Source: Halothiobacillaceae bacterium
Lineage (GTDB): Bacteria; Pseudomonadota; Gammaproteobacteria; Halothiobacillales; Halothiobacillaceae
DNA: 64,000 nucleotides
Assembly (NCBI GenBank): GCA_049974825.1
Contig: JBNGDJ010000001.1
Span: 30,993 to 94,992, forward strand
Direction: 5' to 3'
The translations under genes were made by a program, and so were the position numbers. The notes beneath the pieces were generated by a model. It was given only the letters and a program-made list of their open reading frames with translations, had not been told where the DNA came from and did not search any database. Within the stretch, counting starts at the first letter, position 1. Each line of letters begins with the position of its first letter. Of the stretch, positions 46,018 to 56,651 are shown piece after piece.

Positions 46018-46545
46018 TCAGAAGGGAATGTCGTCGTCGCCCAACGCGTCGCCTGCCGGCTCCTGCCGAGGCTGCGGGTTGCGCGCAGGGGCCGGCCGGG
46101 ACTGACCGCCAGCCGGGCCGCCTGAGGAGCGCGGCGTCTGGTCGTACTCGTTGTAACCCCCGCCGTAGACCGCATCCTGGCTGCCCATGCCGCCACCGCC
46201 ACCACCGCCGCGGCCGCCGAGCATCTGCATTTCATTGGCCACGATCTCGGTGGTGTAGCGGTCCTGGCCGTCCTGCCCCTGCCACTTGCGCGTTCTCAGC
46301 GAGCCCTCGATATAGACCTGACTGCCCTTGCGCAGATACTCGCCGGCGATTTCGGCCAGCCGATTGAAAAACACCACGCGGTGCCATTCGGTCCGCTCCT
46401 GCTGCTCGCCGGTGTTCTTGTCTTTCCACTGCTCGCTGGTGGCCACCCGGATATTGGTGACTTGCCCACCGCTGGGCATGTAGCGCACCTCCGGGTCGAC
46501 CCCGAGGTTGCCCACCAGAATGACCTTGTTGATGCCTCGTGCCAT
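46018..46545 (-). CDS. ssb: Single-stranded DNA-binding protein
   Basis: [47 protein letters not shown] ... TEWHRVVFF, a Gly-rich tail and C-terminal DDDIPF. Confidence 0.95.
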   Translation of the reverse strand: MARGINKVILVGNLGVDPEVRYMPSGGQVTNIRVATSEQWKDKNTGEQQERTEWHRVVFFNRLAEIAGEYLRKGSQVYIEGSLRTRKWQGQDGQDRYTTEIVANEMQMLGGRGGGGGGGMGSQDAVYGGGYNEYDQTPRSSGGPAGGQSRPAPARNPQPRQEPAGDALGDDDIPF

Positions 46546-46605
46546 GTTTTATCACTCCTGAAATAACCCGCCGGACCGACCAACCCGGTCGCTGCCTGAG
46601 CGTGG

Positions 46606-46810
46606 AAGGGAACCCCTGCACGATTGCCTCAGATTCCCCATTGGGGCAGGGATGCCCCGACGCACAATGGCAAAAGCCATTGAATTTCGCAGCCCGGGTC
46701 GCACCTGTTCCGCCCCGGGCGTGACTGAGCGCGGGTTTCGCCAACTGACGCGTTTAACCGGCGCCAGCCCGCAAAGCCTTGGATGGCCTTGTGCAGCGTG
46801 TCCAGAGGGA
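46606..46810 (-). repeat. Mosaic hairpin repeat, reverse orientation, diverged
   Basis: GGGAACCCCTGCACGATTGCCTCAGATTCCCC, GGGGCAGGGATGCCCC, CACAATGGCAAAAGCCATTGAATTTCG, GCCCGGGTCGCACCTGTTCCGCCCCGGGC, GCCAACTGACGCGTTTAACCGGCG and GCAAAGCCTTGGATGGCCTTGTGCAG. The module order mirrors the forward copies. Confidence 0.8.
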
Positions 46811-47106
46811 ACCACCCCGGCCGAATGCCGTCCACGGATTGCCACTGGATTCCGGAAAGCATGCCAGGGCCGGTCAATGTGACCGCTAGTGTACTATAAG
46901 GAAGGCTCGCGGAAAGGCGGCCCTTCCCGCACAGGGCTTCGGACGCGTTGCCCCAAGACACCGCAACTCATTGATTCTCATCGCACGAGCAGGGTATGCA
47001 CCGAGCCATGCCTTGCCACGCCGAGCCCGGGGTGGCGTTCCGCAGCACCGATACCTTGCCGCCCCCTGAGACATGCAACACCAATCACGCAGGACACCGC
47101 GCTCGC

Positions 47107-49950
47107 ATGGCTGATCCTTTCATCCGAATCCGGGGTGCCCGGACTCACAATCTCAAGAACATCGACCTGGACCTGCCGCGTGACGCGCTGATCGTCATTA
47201 CCGGCCTGTCCGGTTCTGGCAAGTCGTCGCTGGCCTTCGACACCCTGTTCGCCGAGGGGCAGCGGCGCTACGTGGAATCACTCTCGTCCTACGCGCGACA
47301 GTTCCTGTCCATGATGGACAAGCCGGACGTGGACCACATCGAGGGCCTGTCACCGGCCATTTCCATCGAGCAGAAAACCACTTCGCACAATCCCCGCTCG
47401 ACCGTCGGTACGGTGACCGAGATCTACGACTACCTGCGACTGCTCTATGCCCGCGCCGGCATCCCGCGCTGCCCCGAACACGGTGAGGCGCTGATTGCAC
47501 AGACGGTCTCGCAGATGGTGGACCAGGTGCTGTCGCTGGAGGAAGGCAGCCGCTGGCTGCTGCTGGCGCCGGTGATCGAAAATCGCAAGGGTGAACATCT
47601 CAAGCGTCTGGACGAGTGGCGGGCGCAGGGTTTTCTGCGAGTCCGGATCAACGGCACGGTATACGAGCTGGACGAAGCACCGTCCCTGGATGCCAAGAAG
47701 AAAAATACCGTCGAGGTGGTGGTGGACCGCTTCAAGGTCCGGGACGATCTGCGCCTGAGGCTGGCCGAATCTTTCGAGACCGCGCTGAAGCTGGCGGACG
47801 GCCGTGCCCGCGTGGTCCGCATGGACGATGGCGAGGCGCTGGAATTCTCGGCCCGGCATGCCTGCCCTGTCTGCGGCTACTCGCTGGGCGAACTGGAACC
47901 GCGGCTGTTTTCCTTCAACAACCCCAGCGGCGCCTGTCCGTCCTGTGACGGCCTGGGCGTTCGGCAGTTCTTTGACCCGAACAAGGTGGTCCTCCACCCG
48001 CAGATGTCACTGGCCGGCGGGGCAATCCGCGGCTGGGACCGCCGCAATGCGTACTACTTCAACCTGATCACGTCGCTGGCAAACCATTACGGTTTCGACC
48101 CGGAAACACCCTGGCAGGAGCTTCCCGGCCGGGTCCGGCAGATCGTGCTCTACGGCAGCGGCAAGGAGCGCATCCACTTCACCTATGTGGGCGACCGCGG
48201 CCGCAAGCAGCTACGTGAACACGCCTGGGAGGGCGTCATCCCCAACATGGAGCGTCGCTACCGCGAAACCGAATCGCTGGCAGTGCGCGAGGAGCTGTCC
48301 AAGTATGTCTCCGAACAGCACTGCCCGAGTTGCGACGGCACCCGCCTGAACGAGGGGGCGCGCAACGTGTTTATCGACGACCGTTCCCTGCCGGATCTGG
48401 TGCGCCTGCCCATCGACCAGGCTGCCGGATTCTTCGACCAGCTTGCCCTGACGGGGGCGCGGGGCGAGATCGCTGAGCGCATCGTGCGTGAAATCGCCGC
48501 CCGGCTGGGCTTTCTCGTCAACGTCGGCCTCGACTACCTCTCGCTGGACCGGTCCGCGGAGACCCTGTCCGGCGGCGAGGCCCAGCGCATCCGGCTGGCC
48601 TCGCAGATCGGCTCCGGGCTGGTGGGCGTCAATTACATCCTGGATGAGCCTTCCATTGGCCTGCACCAGCGCGACAACGACCGGCTGCTCGGTACCCTGA
48701 CCTACCTGCGCGACCTGGGGAACACGGTGATCGTGGTCGAACACGACGAGGATGCAATCCGAACGGCCGATCACGTGGTGGACATTGGCCCCGGCGCCGG
48801 CGTGCATGGCGGACAGGTTGTGGCCACGGGCACGCCGGACCAGATCGCCGCCCACCCGGACTCGCTGACCGGCGCCTACCTCTGCGGCCGCGAGAAAATC
48901 GAGGTACCTCAAACCCGCACGGCGCCGGACCCGGACCGGATGTTCCGGCTGTACGGGGCTGGCGGAAACAACCTGCAGGGCGACACCCTGGAGTTGCCGG
49001 TCGGCCTGCTGGTCTGCGTGACCGGCGTTTCCGGCTCCGGCAAGTCGACCCTGATCAACGACACCCTCTACCGGCTGACCGCCCGGGAACTGAACGGCGC
49101 GACCACGGCGCCGGCGCCCTGCGACCGCTACTCGGGCATGGAGCTGTTCGACAAGGTCATCGACATCGACCAGTCCCCGATCGGGCGGACGCCACGCTCC
49201 AACCCGGCCACCTATACCGGCCTGTTCACGCCGATCCGGGAACTGTTTGCCGGCACGCCGGAGGCCCGCTCGCGCGGCTACCAGCCGGGGCGGTTCTCCT
49301 TCAACGTCAAGGGCGGGCGCTGCGAAGCCTGCCAGGGGGACGGGGTGATCAAGGTCGAGATGCACTTCCTTCCCGACGTCTACGTGCCCTGCGATGTCTG
49401 TCACGGAGCGCGCTACAACCGCGAAACCCTGGACATACGCTACAAGGGCAAGACCATCAGCGACGTGCTGAACATGACCGTCGAGGATGCCGTAACCTTT
49501 TTCGATGCCGTTCCCACCGTCCATCGAAAGCTTGAAACCCTGATGGAGGTGGGGCTGAGCTATCTGCGGCTGGGCCAGAACGCCACCACGCTTTCCGGCG
49601 GCGAGGCCCAGCGGGTGAAGCTTGCCCGGGAGCTGTCCAAGCGAGACACCGGCAAGACCCTGTACATCCTGGACGAGCCGACCACCGGCCTGCACTTCGC
49701 GGACGTGAAGCAACTGCTCGCCGTGTTGCACGCCCTGCGTGACCATGGCAACACCGTGGTGGTGATCGAGCACAACCTGGACGTCATCAAGACGGCCGAC
49801 TGGATCATTGACCTGGGCCCGGAGGGTGGCAACGGCGGCGGCCGGATCATTGCCACCGGCACGCCGGAGCAGGTAGCCGACAATCCCGTGTCCCACACGG
49901 GGCGCTATCTCAAGCGCCTGCTGCCGGAGCCCGTCGACGCCACAGACTGA
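47107..49950 (+). CDS. uvrA: Excinuclease ABC subunit A
   Basis: From ATG 47107: [55 protein letters not shown]. It has zinc-finger Cys pairs, two ABC signatures (LSGGEAQR twice) and a second Walker [10 protein letters not shown]. It is divergent from ssb, as in many bacteria. Confidence 0.95.
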   Translation: MADPFIRIRGARTHNLKNIDLDLPRDALIVITGLSGSGKSSLAFDTLFAEGQRRYVESLSSYARQFLSMMDKPDVDHIEGLSPAISIEQKTTSHNPRSTVGTVTEIYDYLRLLYARAGIPRCPEHGEALIAQTVSQMVDQVLSLEEGSRWLLLAPVIENRKGEHLKRLDEWRAQGFLRVRINGTVYELDEAPSLDAKKKNTVEVVVDRFKVRDDLRLRLAESFETALKLADGRARVVRMDDGEALEFSARHACPVCGYSLGELEPRLFSFNNPSGACPSCDGLGVRQFFDPNKVVLHPQMSLAGGAIRGWDRRNAYYFNLITSLANHYGFDPETPWQELPGRVRQIVLYGSGKERIHFTYVGDRGRKQLREHAWEGVIPNMERRYRETESLAVREELSKYVSEQHCPSCDGTRLNEGARNVFIDDRSLPDLVRLPIDQAAGFFDQLALTGARGEIAERIVREIAARLGFLVNVGLDYLSLDRSAETLSGGEAQRIRLASQIGSGLVGVNYILDEPSIGLHQRDNDRLLGTLTYLRDLGNTVIVVEHDEDAIRTADHVVDIGPGAGVHGGQVVATGTPDQIAAHPDSLTGAYLCGREKIEVPQTRTAPDPDRMFRLYGAGGNNLQGDTLELPVGLLVCVTGVSGSGKSTLINDTLYRLTARELNGATTAPAPCDRYSGMELFDKVIDIDQSPIGRTPRSNPATYTGLFTPIRELFAGTPEARSRGYQPGRFSFNVKGGRCEACQGDGVIKVEMHFLPDVYVPCDVCHGARYNRETLDIRYKGKTISDVLNMTVEDAVTFFDAVPTVHRKLETLMEVGLSYLRLGQNATTLSGGEAQRVKLARELSKRDTGKTLYILDEPTTGLHFADVKQLLAVLHALRDHGNTVVVIEHNLDVIKTADWIIDLGPEGGNGGGRIIATGTPEQVADNPVSHTGRYLKRLLPEPVDATD

Positions 49951-49985
49951 TTACGGCCAGTGCAGATGCCTGCGAGAGCAGGCCA

Positions 49986-50113
49986 AGGAAGCTCTGCACA
50001 AAGCCATCCCTGGCTTTGTGAGCTTGCGCCAGCTAAATGCGTAAGCTGGCGGAGCCAGCGTTCGCGCCCGGGACATGCTCGGCAATTCAATGGCTTGCGC
50101 CATTGTGCGGCAG
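49986..50113 (+). repeat. Mosaic hairpin repeat, forward, truncated after module C
   Basis: GGAAGCTCTGCACAAAGCCATCCCTGGCTTTGTG, GCGCCAGCTAAATGCGTAAGCTGGCG and GGCAATTCAATGGCTTGCGCCATTGTGCGG. It fills the convergent uvrA/bioF gap and ends 2 nt before the bioF stop codon. Confidence 0.85.
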
Positions 50114-50115
50114 GA

Positions 50116-51300
50116 TCAGTCCACGCCATTCTGAAGCTGCGCCAGCGCCGCAAGCAGATCGTCCACGTCCTGCGGGGCTTGTCCCGCACTGAGCGTTACC
50201 CGCAACCGCGCCGTACCCTCCGGGACAGTCGGCGGACGAATGGCCGGGACCAGAAACCCGCGCGCCCGAAGCGCCCCGGACCAGGCCAGCGCCCTTTCCG
50301 GGCTGCCAAGCAACACTGGCTGGATGGGCGTTTCACTGGGCATCAGCGAGAGCCCGATCCCGGCAGCGCCAGCCCGAAAGCGTGCTACCAGTGTAGCCAG
50401 GTGGTCCCGTCGCCTGTCCCCCTCCTCTCCACGCAGGAGATTCAGAGCCGCCAGCGTGGCATGAGCCAGCGCCGGCGGCTGGGCGGTGGTGTAAACGTAG
50501 GGTCGGCCGAACTGGATCAAGGCCTCGATCAGGCGCGAGGAGCCGGCTACAAAGGCCCCGGCTGTCCCGAAAGCCTTGCCGAGTGTGCCGATCACGACCG
50601 GCACGCGATTCGGCGCGAGGCCAAAATGATCCACCGTGCCGCGCCCGGACCGCCCCAGCACGCCAAAGCCGTGCGCGTCATCCACCACAAGCCAGGCATC
50701 ATGACGCACGGCAAGATCAGCCAGGTCGCGCAGCGGGGCCAGGTCGCCGTCCATGCTGAACACGCCATCAGTCACGATCAATCGTGCGCCGGATTGCCCC
50801 TCGGCCTGCGCGAGACGCTCGGCCAGGTGATCGGTGTCTGCATGACGGTAGCGGAACACCCGGGCACCACACGCCTGACCGGCATCGATCAGCGAGGCGT
50901 GGTTCCAGCGGTCCTGAAAGACCCGGTCATGGCGGCCGGCGAGGACCGCCAATACCGCCAGGTTGGCCATGTATCCGGTCGAAAACAGCAGCGCGCGCTC
51001 GCGCCCGGTGAATTCGGCCAGCGCCCGCTCAAGCACCTCGTGCGCAGTGAAGTGGCCATTGACCAGGTGGGCCGCACCGGCCCCGACCCCGTGACGATGC
51101 ACACCCTCGACCAGTGCCTCGCGCAGGAGCGGGTGACTGGCCAGCCCCAGATAGTCATTCGCGCAGAAGGCGCGCAGGGACTGCCCGTCAACCGTCTGCC
51201 GCGGGCCCTGCACGTCCGACACCACCTGAGGTTCACGCCAGAGCCCCTGCGCCCGGCGCCTGGCCAGACGCTCGCCGAGCACCTGTTCCAACGATGACAT
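50116..51300 (-). CDS. bioF: 8-amino-7-oxononanoate synthase
   Basis: [53 protein letters not shown] and [12 protein letters not shown] (PLP lysine context). GGAGGTG RBS. Confidence 0.8.
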   Translation of the reverse strand: MSSLEQVLGERLARRRAQGLWREPQVVSDVQGPRQTVDGQSLRAFCANDYLGLASHPLLREALVEGVHRHGVGAGAAHLVNGHFTAHEVLERALAEFTGRERALLFSTGYMANLAVLAVLAGRHDRVFQDRWNHASLIDAGQACGARVFRYRHADTDHLAERLAQAEGQSGARLIVTDGVFSMDGDLAPLRDLADLAVRHDAWLVVDDAHGFGVLGRSGRGTVDHFGLAPNRVPVVIGTLGKAFGTAGAFVAGSSRLIEALIQFGRPYVYTTAQPPALAHATLAALNLLRGEEGDRRRDHLATLVARFRAGAAGIGLSLMPSETPIQPVLLGSPERALAWSGALRARGFLVPAIRPPTVPEGTARLRVTLSAGQAPQDVDDLLAALAQLQNGVD

Positions 51301-51333
51301 GTCACCTCCCCTGTCGCGTCCTGTGGTAGCTTT

Positions 51334-51509
51334 GGGAATCTCTGTACAAGGCCATCCTTGGCTTTGTGGGCTGGCGCCAGCTTAACGCGTCAGCTGGCGG
51401 AACCCGCGTTCACGCCCGGACCATGCTCCGCAATTCAATGGCTTGCGCCATTGTGCGGCAGGGCATCCATGCCCTGCACGGGAAGGTCTGCATTCGTGCA
51501 GACCTTCCT
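51334..51509 (+). repeat. Mosaic hairpin repeat, forward, near full length
   Basis: GGGAATCTCTGTACAAGGCCATCCTTGGCTTTGTG, GCGCCAGCTTAACGCGTCAGCTGGCG, CCGCAATTCAATGGCTTGCGCCATTGTGCGG, CAGGGCATCCATGCCCTG and GGAAGGTCTGCATTCGTGCAGACCTTCC. Confidence 0.9.
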
Positions 51510-51538
51510 TTGAAAACTCTCCACTAAGTACGCCGATT

Positions 51539-53488
51539 ATGCGCCTGCCGGTCAATATCTTTCTCTGGACGCTCACGGCCACCCTGCTGCCGGTACTGGC
51601 GCTGGTCTGGGGGGTCACGGACTACAGTCAGCAGCGCTTCCAGGAAGAAGTCGACCGCGAAGCCCACGACAACGTCTCGGCCATTGTGGTCGAGCTGGAA
51701 AACCGGCTGCGGTATGAACAAGAAGTGCTCGGCGGCATTGCACGGGCACCGGCCACGCAGTCGATGCTCCAGGCACTTGAAGCCTCAGCCCAGGGCTTCC
51801 GCCATCCGGAAATGACTTCGCTGCGCATCCGGCTCAATGCCTTTCTGGCCGAGCTGCAGCGAAGCATCCCTGGCCTGGGTTCTCTGCGCGTGATGGACTC
51901 GGGCGGCAATACCGTTGCCAAGACCACCCTTGGCCGGGTCTCGCCGCCGATATTCGACAGCCTGGGGACCATCAGCTATGTCGAGGAGGAACTGGACGAC
52001 CAGGCGCTGGTGGACCTGCTGGATGCCCTGCCCTCCGGCGAGGTCAGCTACCTTCTGCTGCCGCCCTCGCGCTGGGAGCTCAGCACCGGCCAGGTGCCCA
52101 CCATGCACTATGCGGTGCTGCCCCTGGAGGATGGCGCCGAAAAGCGTGTCGGCTATGTTGTGCTGAACACCTTCGGGGAGTTTTTGGACCGCATCCTGAT
52201 GATGACCCCGAAAACCCGCGGCGGCACCATGCTGATTGCCGAGCATGGCAGCCTGATCGACGAGCGCGAGGGACTGGTTCTCTACGACGACCTCGGCGGG
52301 CAGCAGTTTGCCGCGCCGCTGGCGCCGGGCAGCCGCCAGTACGCCCAGCAGATTGACGACGGCCGCTTCTGGTCGGATGTGCGGCGCAACAGCAACGGGA
52401 TCTATCCGACCGAGGACGGCAAGTACCGCATTTACTACCAGCTTTACCACCCTTATCCAAACAGCCTCACGGGCTGGGTGGTCGCCTTGCGCCTGCCGGC
52501 ACAGACCGTCAGCGCCCCCTACACGGACATCCGCAACAGCCTGTACGTCTACGCACTGCTGGCGCTGCTGATCAGCCTGATGCTGGCGGGGCTGGGCGCG
52601 CGCTATTTTTCGCGTCCCATCGTGCGCCTGGGCGAGGCGCTGAAAGCCTATGCGGACGGGCGACGCGCCTTTCGCCTGCAGTCCCGGTCGCAAACCCATG
52701 AGCTGCGCGAGCTTGAACAGGCTTTCGATTACATGGCGCAGCGACTCGACGAGGAAGAGCGGCGCCGGCAGAGCGCGGAACGCCGGGCCCTGCAGCAGGC
52801 GAAACTGGCCAGCGTGGGGGAAATGGCCGCCGGGATCGGTCACGAGATCAACAATCCGCTGAACAACGTGCTGTCGCTCACGCGCCTGATCGACCGCCAG
52901 CTGCCGGAAGACGCCGAAACCCTGCGCCAGGACGTGCAGGCGCTGCGTGAAGAAGCGCTCCGGGTTTCCCAGATCGTCCGGGGCGTGATGAACTTTGCCC
53001 GGCAACTGCCACCGGCCCACGAATCCATTCGGCTTGGCGACTGGCTGACGGCAGTGCTCGAAAGGCTGCACCCCGAGGCCATGGAAGCAGATGTCTGGCT
53101 TGAGGCCGAGCCCTTCGACCCGAACTGCAGCCTGGAAGCCGACTCCGGCCAGATCGAGCAAGTGCTGACCAACCTGATTCGAAACGCGCTGCAGGCCACG
53201 CCGCCTGAAGGGCGGGTCACCGTCCGCGCGCACTGCAGCGAAACCACCTTCGATTGCGTGATCATCGACGAGGGTGACGGAATCCCGGAGGAGAACCTCA
53301 GACGGATCTACGACCCATTCTTCACCACCAAGGATGTCAATGGCGGGACGGGGCTGGGCCTTTCGATCAGCCTGGGAATCGTTCACTATCACGGCGGAAC
53401 GCTGGAGGTAATGAACCGGTCGGAAGGCGAAGGCACGGTGGCGAGGCTTTCCCTGCCGCGTCGCCGTTCGCCGCCGCGGTTCAACTGA
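51539..53488 (+). CDS. Sensor histidine kinase (large periplasmic sensor, HAMP, HisKA, HATPase)
   Basis: From ATG 51539: MRLPVNIFLWTLTATLLPVLALVW, then an extracytoplasmic region of about 330 aa and a second TM (LYVYALLALLISLMLAGLGA). The H-box is GEMAAGIGHEINNPLN. The N, G1 and G2 boxes are LTNLIRNALQA, DEGDGI and GTGLGLSI. The ORF-track start at 51443 reads through the repeat. Confidence 0.85.
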   Translation: MRLPVNIFLWTLTATLLPVLALVWGVTDYSQQRFQEEVDREAHDNVSAIVVELENRLRYEQEVLGGIARAPATQSMLQALEASAQGFRHPEMTSLRIRLNAFLAELQRSIPGLGSLRVMDSGGNTVAKTTLGRVSPPIFDSLGTISYVEEELDDQALVDLLDALPSGEVSYLLLPPSRWELSTGQVPTMHYAVLPLEDGAEKRVGYVVLNTFGEFLDRILMMTPKTRGGTMLIAEHGSLIDEREGLVLYDDLGGQQFAAPLAPGSRQYAQQIDDGRFWSDVRRNSNGIYPTEDGKYRIYYQLYHPYPNSLTGWVVALRLPAQTVSAPYTDIRNSLYVYALLALLISLMLAGLGARYFSRPIVRLGEALKAYADGRRAFRLQSRSQTHELRELEQAFDYMAQRLDEEERRRQSAERRALQQAKLASVGEMAAGIGHEINNPLNNVLSLTRLIDRQLPEDAETLRQDVQALREEALRVSQIVRGVMNFARQLPPAHESIRLGDWLTAVLERLHPEAMEADVWLEAEPFDPNCSLEADSGQIEQVLTNLIRNALQATPPEGRVTVRAHCSETTFDCVIIDEGDGIPEENLRRIYDPFFTTKDVNGGTGLGLSISLGIVHYHGGTLEVMNRSEGEGTVARLSLPRRRSPPRFN

Positions 53489-53489
53489 A

Positions 53490-53528
53490 GGAAACCCTGC
53501 ACAAGACCATCCGTGACATGATGCAGGG
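53490..53528. repeat. Solitary diverged module A of the mosaic repeat between kinase and regulator genes
   Basis: GGAAACCCTGCACAAGACCATCCGTGACATGATGCAGGG. Compare GGAAACTCTGCACGAAGCCATCCATGGCTTCATGCAG at 40692. The CCCTGCA/TGCAGGG stem is retained. Confidence 0.6.
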
Positions 53529-53566
53529 ACGCAAGCCTCCTTCTACTTCCCCCTCAGGATGCAGGC

Positions 53567-54943
53567 ATGACCGAACAACACTCAGCCAGTATCGTCTTTG
53601 TGGACGACGAACCCCGCGCCGGGGATCTGTTCGCCCGATTCGCCCGGTCCGAAGGCCTGACCGTCCACAGTTTTCGCAATCCGCTTCAGGCCTTGGAGCA
53701 CATCGATGCGCAGGGTGCCGACCTGGTTATCTCGGACCTGAAAATGCCCGACATGACTGGCCTGGAACTACTGCGCAACGTCAAGGCCCGGCAGCCCGAA
53801 CTGCCCTTCGTGATGATTACGGGCTATTCGACGCTGGACGATGCCATCGAGGCCCTGCGCCTGGGCGCTGCGGATTTCATCAAGAAGCCCTACGAGCCGG
53901 AGGACCTGATCCGGCTTGCCGGCGAGATTCTCGATCGTGCCGACGACGCCACGGCCAGCGATGCACCACCGCCAGACGGGCCGGGCCAGGCCATTCTCGG
54001 TGAGTCACCGGCGATCGGCATGGTCTACCGGATCATTGACAAGATCGCGGACGTGCGGATCAACGTCATGATCGAGGGCGAGTCCGGCAGCGGCAAGGAG
54101 CTGGCGGCAAAAGCCGTGCACGAGCGCTCGCAGTTCGCGGATACGCCATTCATTGTGATCGACTGCGGGGCCCTGACCGACACCCTGCTCGAATCGGAAC
54201 TGTTCGGACACGAAAAGGGCGCGTTCACCGGCGCGGCGACCACCAAGCCCGGCCTGCTTGAGGTGGCCAGTGGCGGCACGGTGTTTCTCGACGAGATCGG
54301 GAATATCTCGGACAACATGCAGGTCAAGCTGCTGCGCGTCATCCAGGAGCAGCAGGTCACGCGGGTCGGCGGGGTCAAGCCGATTGACATCGACGTGCGC
54401 TTTATCGTCGCCAGCAACCGGGCGCTTGCCAAGATGGTCGAGGCCGGCGAGTTCCGCCACGATCTTTACCACCGGCTGAATGTGGTCCGCATCCGGATGC
54501 CGCCGCTGCGCGAACGCCGGGAGGACATCCCCGCTCTGGCCCGGCATTTTCTGAACAGCTTTGCCCGGCGCTATCACCGGGATGTCCACGATTTCGACGA
54601 AGAGGCCATGCGACGGCTGGTGCACTACGCCTGGCCGGGCAATGTGCGTGAGCTCAAGAACCTGGTCGAGCGCCTGGTGGCCCTTGCAGACGGCCCCCTG
54701 CTCAACCTGGAAGCCTCGCCGGACGGCATGCAGGACGCCATGCCCGGTGCGGCCATGACCGCCGCCCCCGACAGCGACCTGCCGCTGGACCATGACCTGC
54801 CAACCCTTGAGGTACTCGAACGCCGCTACATCGAGAAGGTGCTGGCGCTTCAGGAAGGCAACCGCGAGCGCACCGCCCGCACGCTGGGCATCAACAAGTC
54901 CACGCTCTGGCGCAAGCTGCAAAGCTGGGAGCAGGAGCGGTAG
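53567..54943 (+). CDS. Sigma-54-dependent response regulator (NtrC family)
   Basis: Receiver ([11 protein letters not shown] ... [18 protein letters not shown]). The AAA+ core has Walker A GESGSGKE, the GAFTGA loop (HEKGAFTGA) and VRFIVASN. The C-terminal Fis-type HTH reads [17 protein letters not shown]. Confidence 0.9.
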   Translation: MTEQHSASIVFVDDEPRAGDLFARFARSEGLTVHSFRNPLQALEHIDAQGADLVISDLKMPDMTGLELLRNVKARQPELPFVMITGYSTLDDAIEALRLGAADFIKKPYEPEDLIRLAGEILDRADDATASDAPPPDGPGQAILGESPAIGMVYRIIDKIADVRINVMIEGESGSGKELAAKAVHERSQFADTPFIVIDCGALTDTLLESELFGHEKGAFTGAATTKPGLLEVASGGTVFLDEIGNISDNMQVKLLRVIQEQQVTRVGGVKPIDIDVRFIVASNRALAKMVEAGEFRHDLYHRLNVVRIRMPPLRERREDIPALARHFLNSFARRYHRDVHDFDEEAMRRLVHYAWPGNVRELKNLVERLVALADGPLLNLEASPDGMQDAMPGAAMTAAPDSDLPLDHDLPTLEVLERRYIEKVLALQEGNRERTARTLGINKSTLWRKLQSWEQER

Positions 54944-54983
54944 ATCAATCCGCTCCAGCAAATCGCAACCCCCTCCGCATCAA

Positions 54984-54998
54984 GTTGCAAACTGCAAC
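54984..54998. promoter_or_regulatory. Candidate enhancer (UAS) palindrome GTTGCA-N3-TGCAAC
   Basis: GTTGCAAACTGCAAC is a perfect inverted repeat 56 bp upstream of the -24 element. It is followed by CTGCAATTG and flanked by direct CGCAACCCC repeats (54964-54972, 55020-55028). Confidence 0.4.
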
Positions 54999-55053
54999 CT
55001 GCAATTGACACCGCGATTCGCGCAACCCCTTGTTTTTCATAAGTAGTGCAGTT

Positions 55054-55069
55054 TGGCACGGGCCATGCA
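55054..55069 (+). promoter_or_regulatory. Sigma-54 (-24/-12) promoter upstream of soxY
   Basis: TGGCACGGGCCATGCA has GG and GC at the canonical spacing of TGGCACG-N4-TTGCW. It lies 46 nt upstream of the soxY ATG and directly downstream of an NtrC-family gene. Confidence 0.65.
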
Positions 55070-55114
55070 TCCATGTATGGCCGTGGTGTTCCACTGATAA
55101 CAGGAGTAAGACCC

Positions 55115-55582
55115 ATGCAAACCAACCGTCGTGTATTTCTGAAAGGCAGCCTGGCTGCCAGCGCAGTCGGCGTTGCCGTCGGTGCAGGCCTTCTGACCCC
55201 GCGCGCCGTACTGGCCGAGTGGCCGGAAGCGGCTTTCAAGGCCAAGTCCATGGACGCAGCCCTGTCTGAAGCGCTGGGCGCCAGCGATGCAGCCGACTCT
55301 GCCGACGTGACCCTGCGCGCGCCGGACATCGCCGAGAACGGCGCGGTCGTGCCGATCACTGTCGAAACCGGCATGGGCGACGTCGAAGAAATCGCCATTC
55401 TGGTCGAAAAGAACGAGCAGCCGCTGGTCACTACCTTCAACCTGGCCTCCGCTTCTCCGTTCCTGTCCACCCGTATCCGTATGGGTGAGACCTCCAACGT
55501 GTTCGGCGTTGTGAAGTCCGGTGGCAAGCTGTACAAGGCCCACAAAGAAGTCAAGGTCACCATCGGTGGTTGCGGCGGCTGA
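55115..55582 (+). CDS. soxY: Thiosulfate-oxidation carrier protein SoxY
   Basis: From ATG 55115 (CAGGAG RBS): Tat-type signal MQTNRRVFLKGSLAASAVGVAVGAG and the diagnostic C-terminus KVTIGGCGG. Confidence 0.9.
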   Translation: MQTNRRVFLKGSLAASAVGVAVGAGLLTPRAVLAEWPEAAFKAKSMDAALSEALGASDAADSADVTLRAPDIAENGAVVPITVETGMGDVEEIAILVEKNEQPLVTTFNLASASPFLSTRIRMGETSNVFGVVKSGGKLYKAHKEVKVTIGGCGG

Positions 55583-55642
55583 TCCGCTCCTCAACCGAAA
55601 ACTGACTTTGAAGACGAAATTCCTTAAGTGAGGTACTGAATA

Positions 55643-55948
55643 ATGTCTACCATCAGAATGCGTATTGGCGCCGCCGGCGATGTACTGGACGTGAAGGCTC
55701 TGCTCCGTCACGAAATGGAAACCGGTCAGCGCGTTGACAAGGCAACCGGCGAAAAGGTACCGGCCAAGTTCATTCAGGACATCAGCGTGTCCGTGAACGG
55801 CACCCCGGCTGCCGTCGGCAACTTCTCTGCCGCCATCTCCCGCAACCCGTACCTGAACGTCAAGGTTCCGGGCAAGAAGGGCGACACCGTTGCCATCACC
55901 TGGAAGGACAACACCGGCGAGACCGACACCGCCGAGCAGACTGCCTGA
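55643..55948 (+). CDS. soxZ: Thiosulfate-oxidation protein SoxZ
   Basis: A 101-aa protein immediately after soxY: RMRIGAAGDVLDVKALLRHEMETGQRVDKATGEKVPAKFIQDISVSVNG is SoxZ-like. Confidence 0.85.
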   Translation: MSTIRMRIGAAGDVLDVKALLRHEMETGQRVDKATGEKVPAKFIQDISVSVNGTPAAVGNFSAAISRNPYLNVKVPGKKGDTVAITWKDNTGETDTAEQTA

Positions 55949-55995
55949 TCAGGCGCTGCCGTGTCCTGCGGGCAGCGAGACTGCCCGCCCGAGAC

Positions 55996-56030
55996 GAAAA
56001 ACCCGCAGCCTTTGCTGCGGTTTTTTTTTC
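55996..56030 (+). terminator. Rho-independent terminator after soxZ
   Basis: GAAAAA-CCGCAGC-CTTT-GCTGCGG-TTTTTTTTT: 7-bp GC-rich stem, 4-nt loop, T9 tail. The upstream A-run would allow bidirectional function. Confidence 0.85.
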
Positions 56031-56035
56031 GTTAC

Positions 56036-56180
56036 GGAAGCGCTGCACAAATCCATCCATGGATTTATGCAGACACGCCCGGGCCAATACATGCTCGGCC
56101 CGGGCTCCGCAATTCAATGGTTTGCGCCATTGTGCGGCAAGACATCCGAGACCGGCACGAGAAGGTCTGCACCTCGAAAG
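56036..56180 (+). repeat. Mosaic hairpin repeat, forward
   Basis: GGAAGCGCTGCACAAATCCATCCATGGATTTATGCAG, GCCCGGGCCAATACATGCTCGGCCCGGGC, CCGCAATTCAATGGTTTGCGCCATTGTGCGG and GAAGGTCTGCAC. Confidence 0.9.
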
Positions 56181-56198
56181 GTTTTGCGCGGTGCCCTG

Positions 56199-56651
56199 TC
56201 AGCCCTCGGCGGGCGGTACCTGCAGCCAGAAGGTCACCGGCCCATCGTTCGTCAGGGACACCTGCATGTCGGCCCCGAAACGACCAGTCGCCACGGGATC
56301 GTGCTGCGCCCCGGCGCGCGCAACCAGCCACTCAAACAACCGTTCACCGTCCTTCGGATCAGCCGCAGGCGTAAAGCTCGGCCGGTTTCCGCGCCGTGTA
56401 TCCGCCGCCAGCGTGAACTGCGGGACCAGCAGCAGTCCGCCGGCCACCTGAACAAGATTTCGGTTCATCCGGCCTTCCTCGTCCGGGAATACCCGGTAGG
56501 CCAGCAGCCGCTCAAGCAGGCGCTCGGCCTGTGCAGGGCCATCGCCGCGCTGGACGCCCACCAGCACCAGCAAACCGGGACCGATCCGCCCCACGCAGGC
56601 CCCCGCCACCCTCACCTCGGCCGAAGAAACGCGCTGCAGCAGGCCGATCAC
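56199..56651 (-). CDS. dtd: D-aminoacyl-tRNA deacylase
   Basis: (V)[14 protein letters not shown] ... [10 protein letters not shown] ... RMNRNL ... [21 protein letters not shown] ... [19 protein letters not shown]. The GTG start overlaps the pip stop. Confidence 0.9.
   Translation of the reverse strand: MIGLLQRVSSAEVRVAGACVGRIGPGLLVLVGVQRGDGPAQAERLLERLLAYRVFPDEEGRMNRNLVQVAGGLLLVPQFTLAADTRRGNRPSFTPAADPKDGERLFEWLVARAGAQHDPVATGRFGADMQVSLTNDGPVTFWLQVPPAEG

Noticed and set aside
46546-47106. LexA (SOS) box in the divergent ssb/uvrA spacer
   Set aside because: Reading the spacer by eye, I found no CTGT-N8-ACAG. The only palindrome-like string, TAGTGTACTA (about 46888-46897), is short and does not fit the gammaproteobacterial consensus. 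A PWM scan would be needed to exclude a lineage-specific box.
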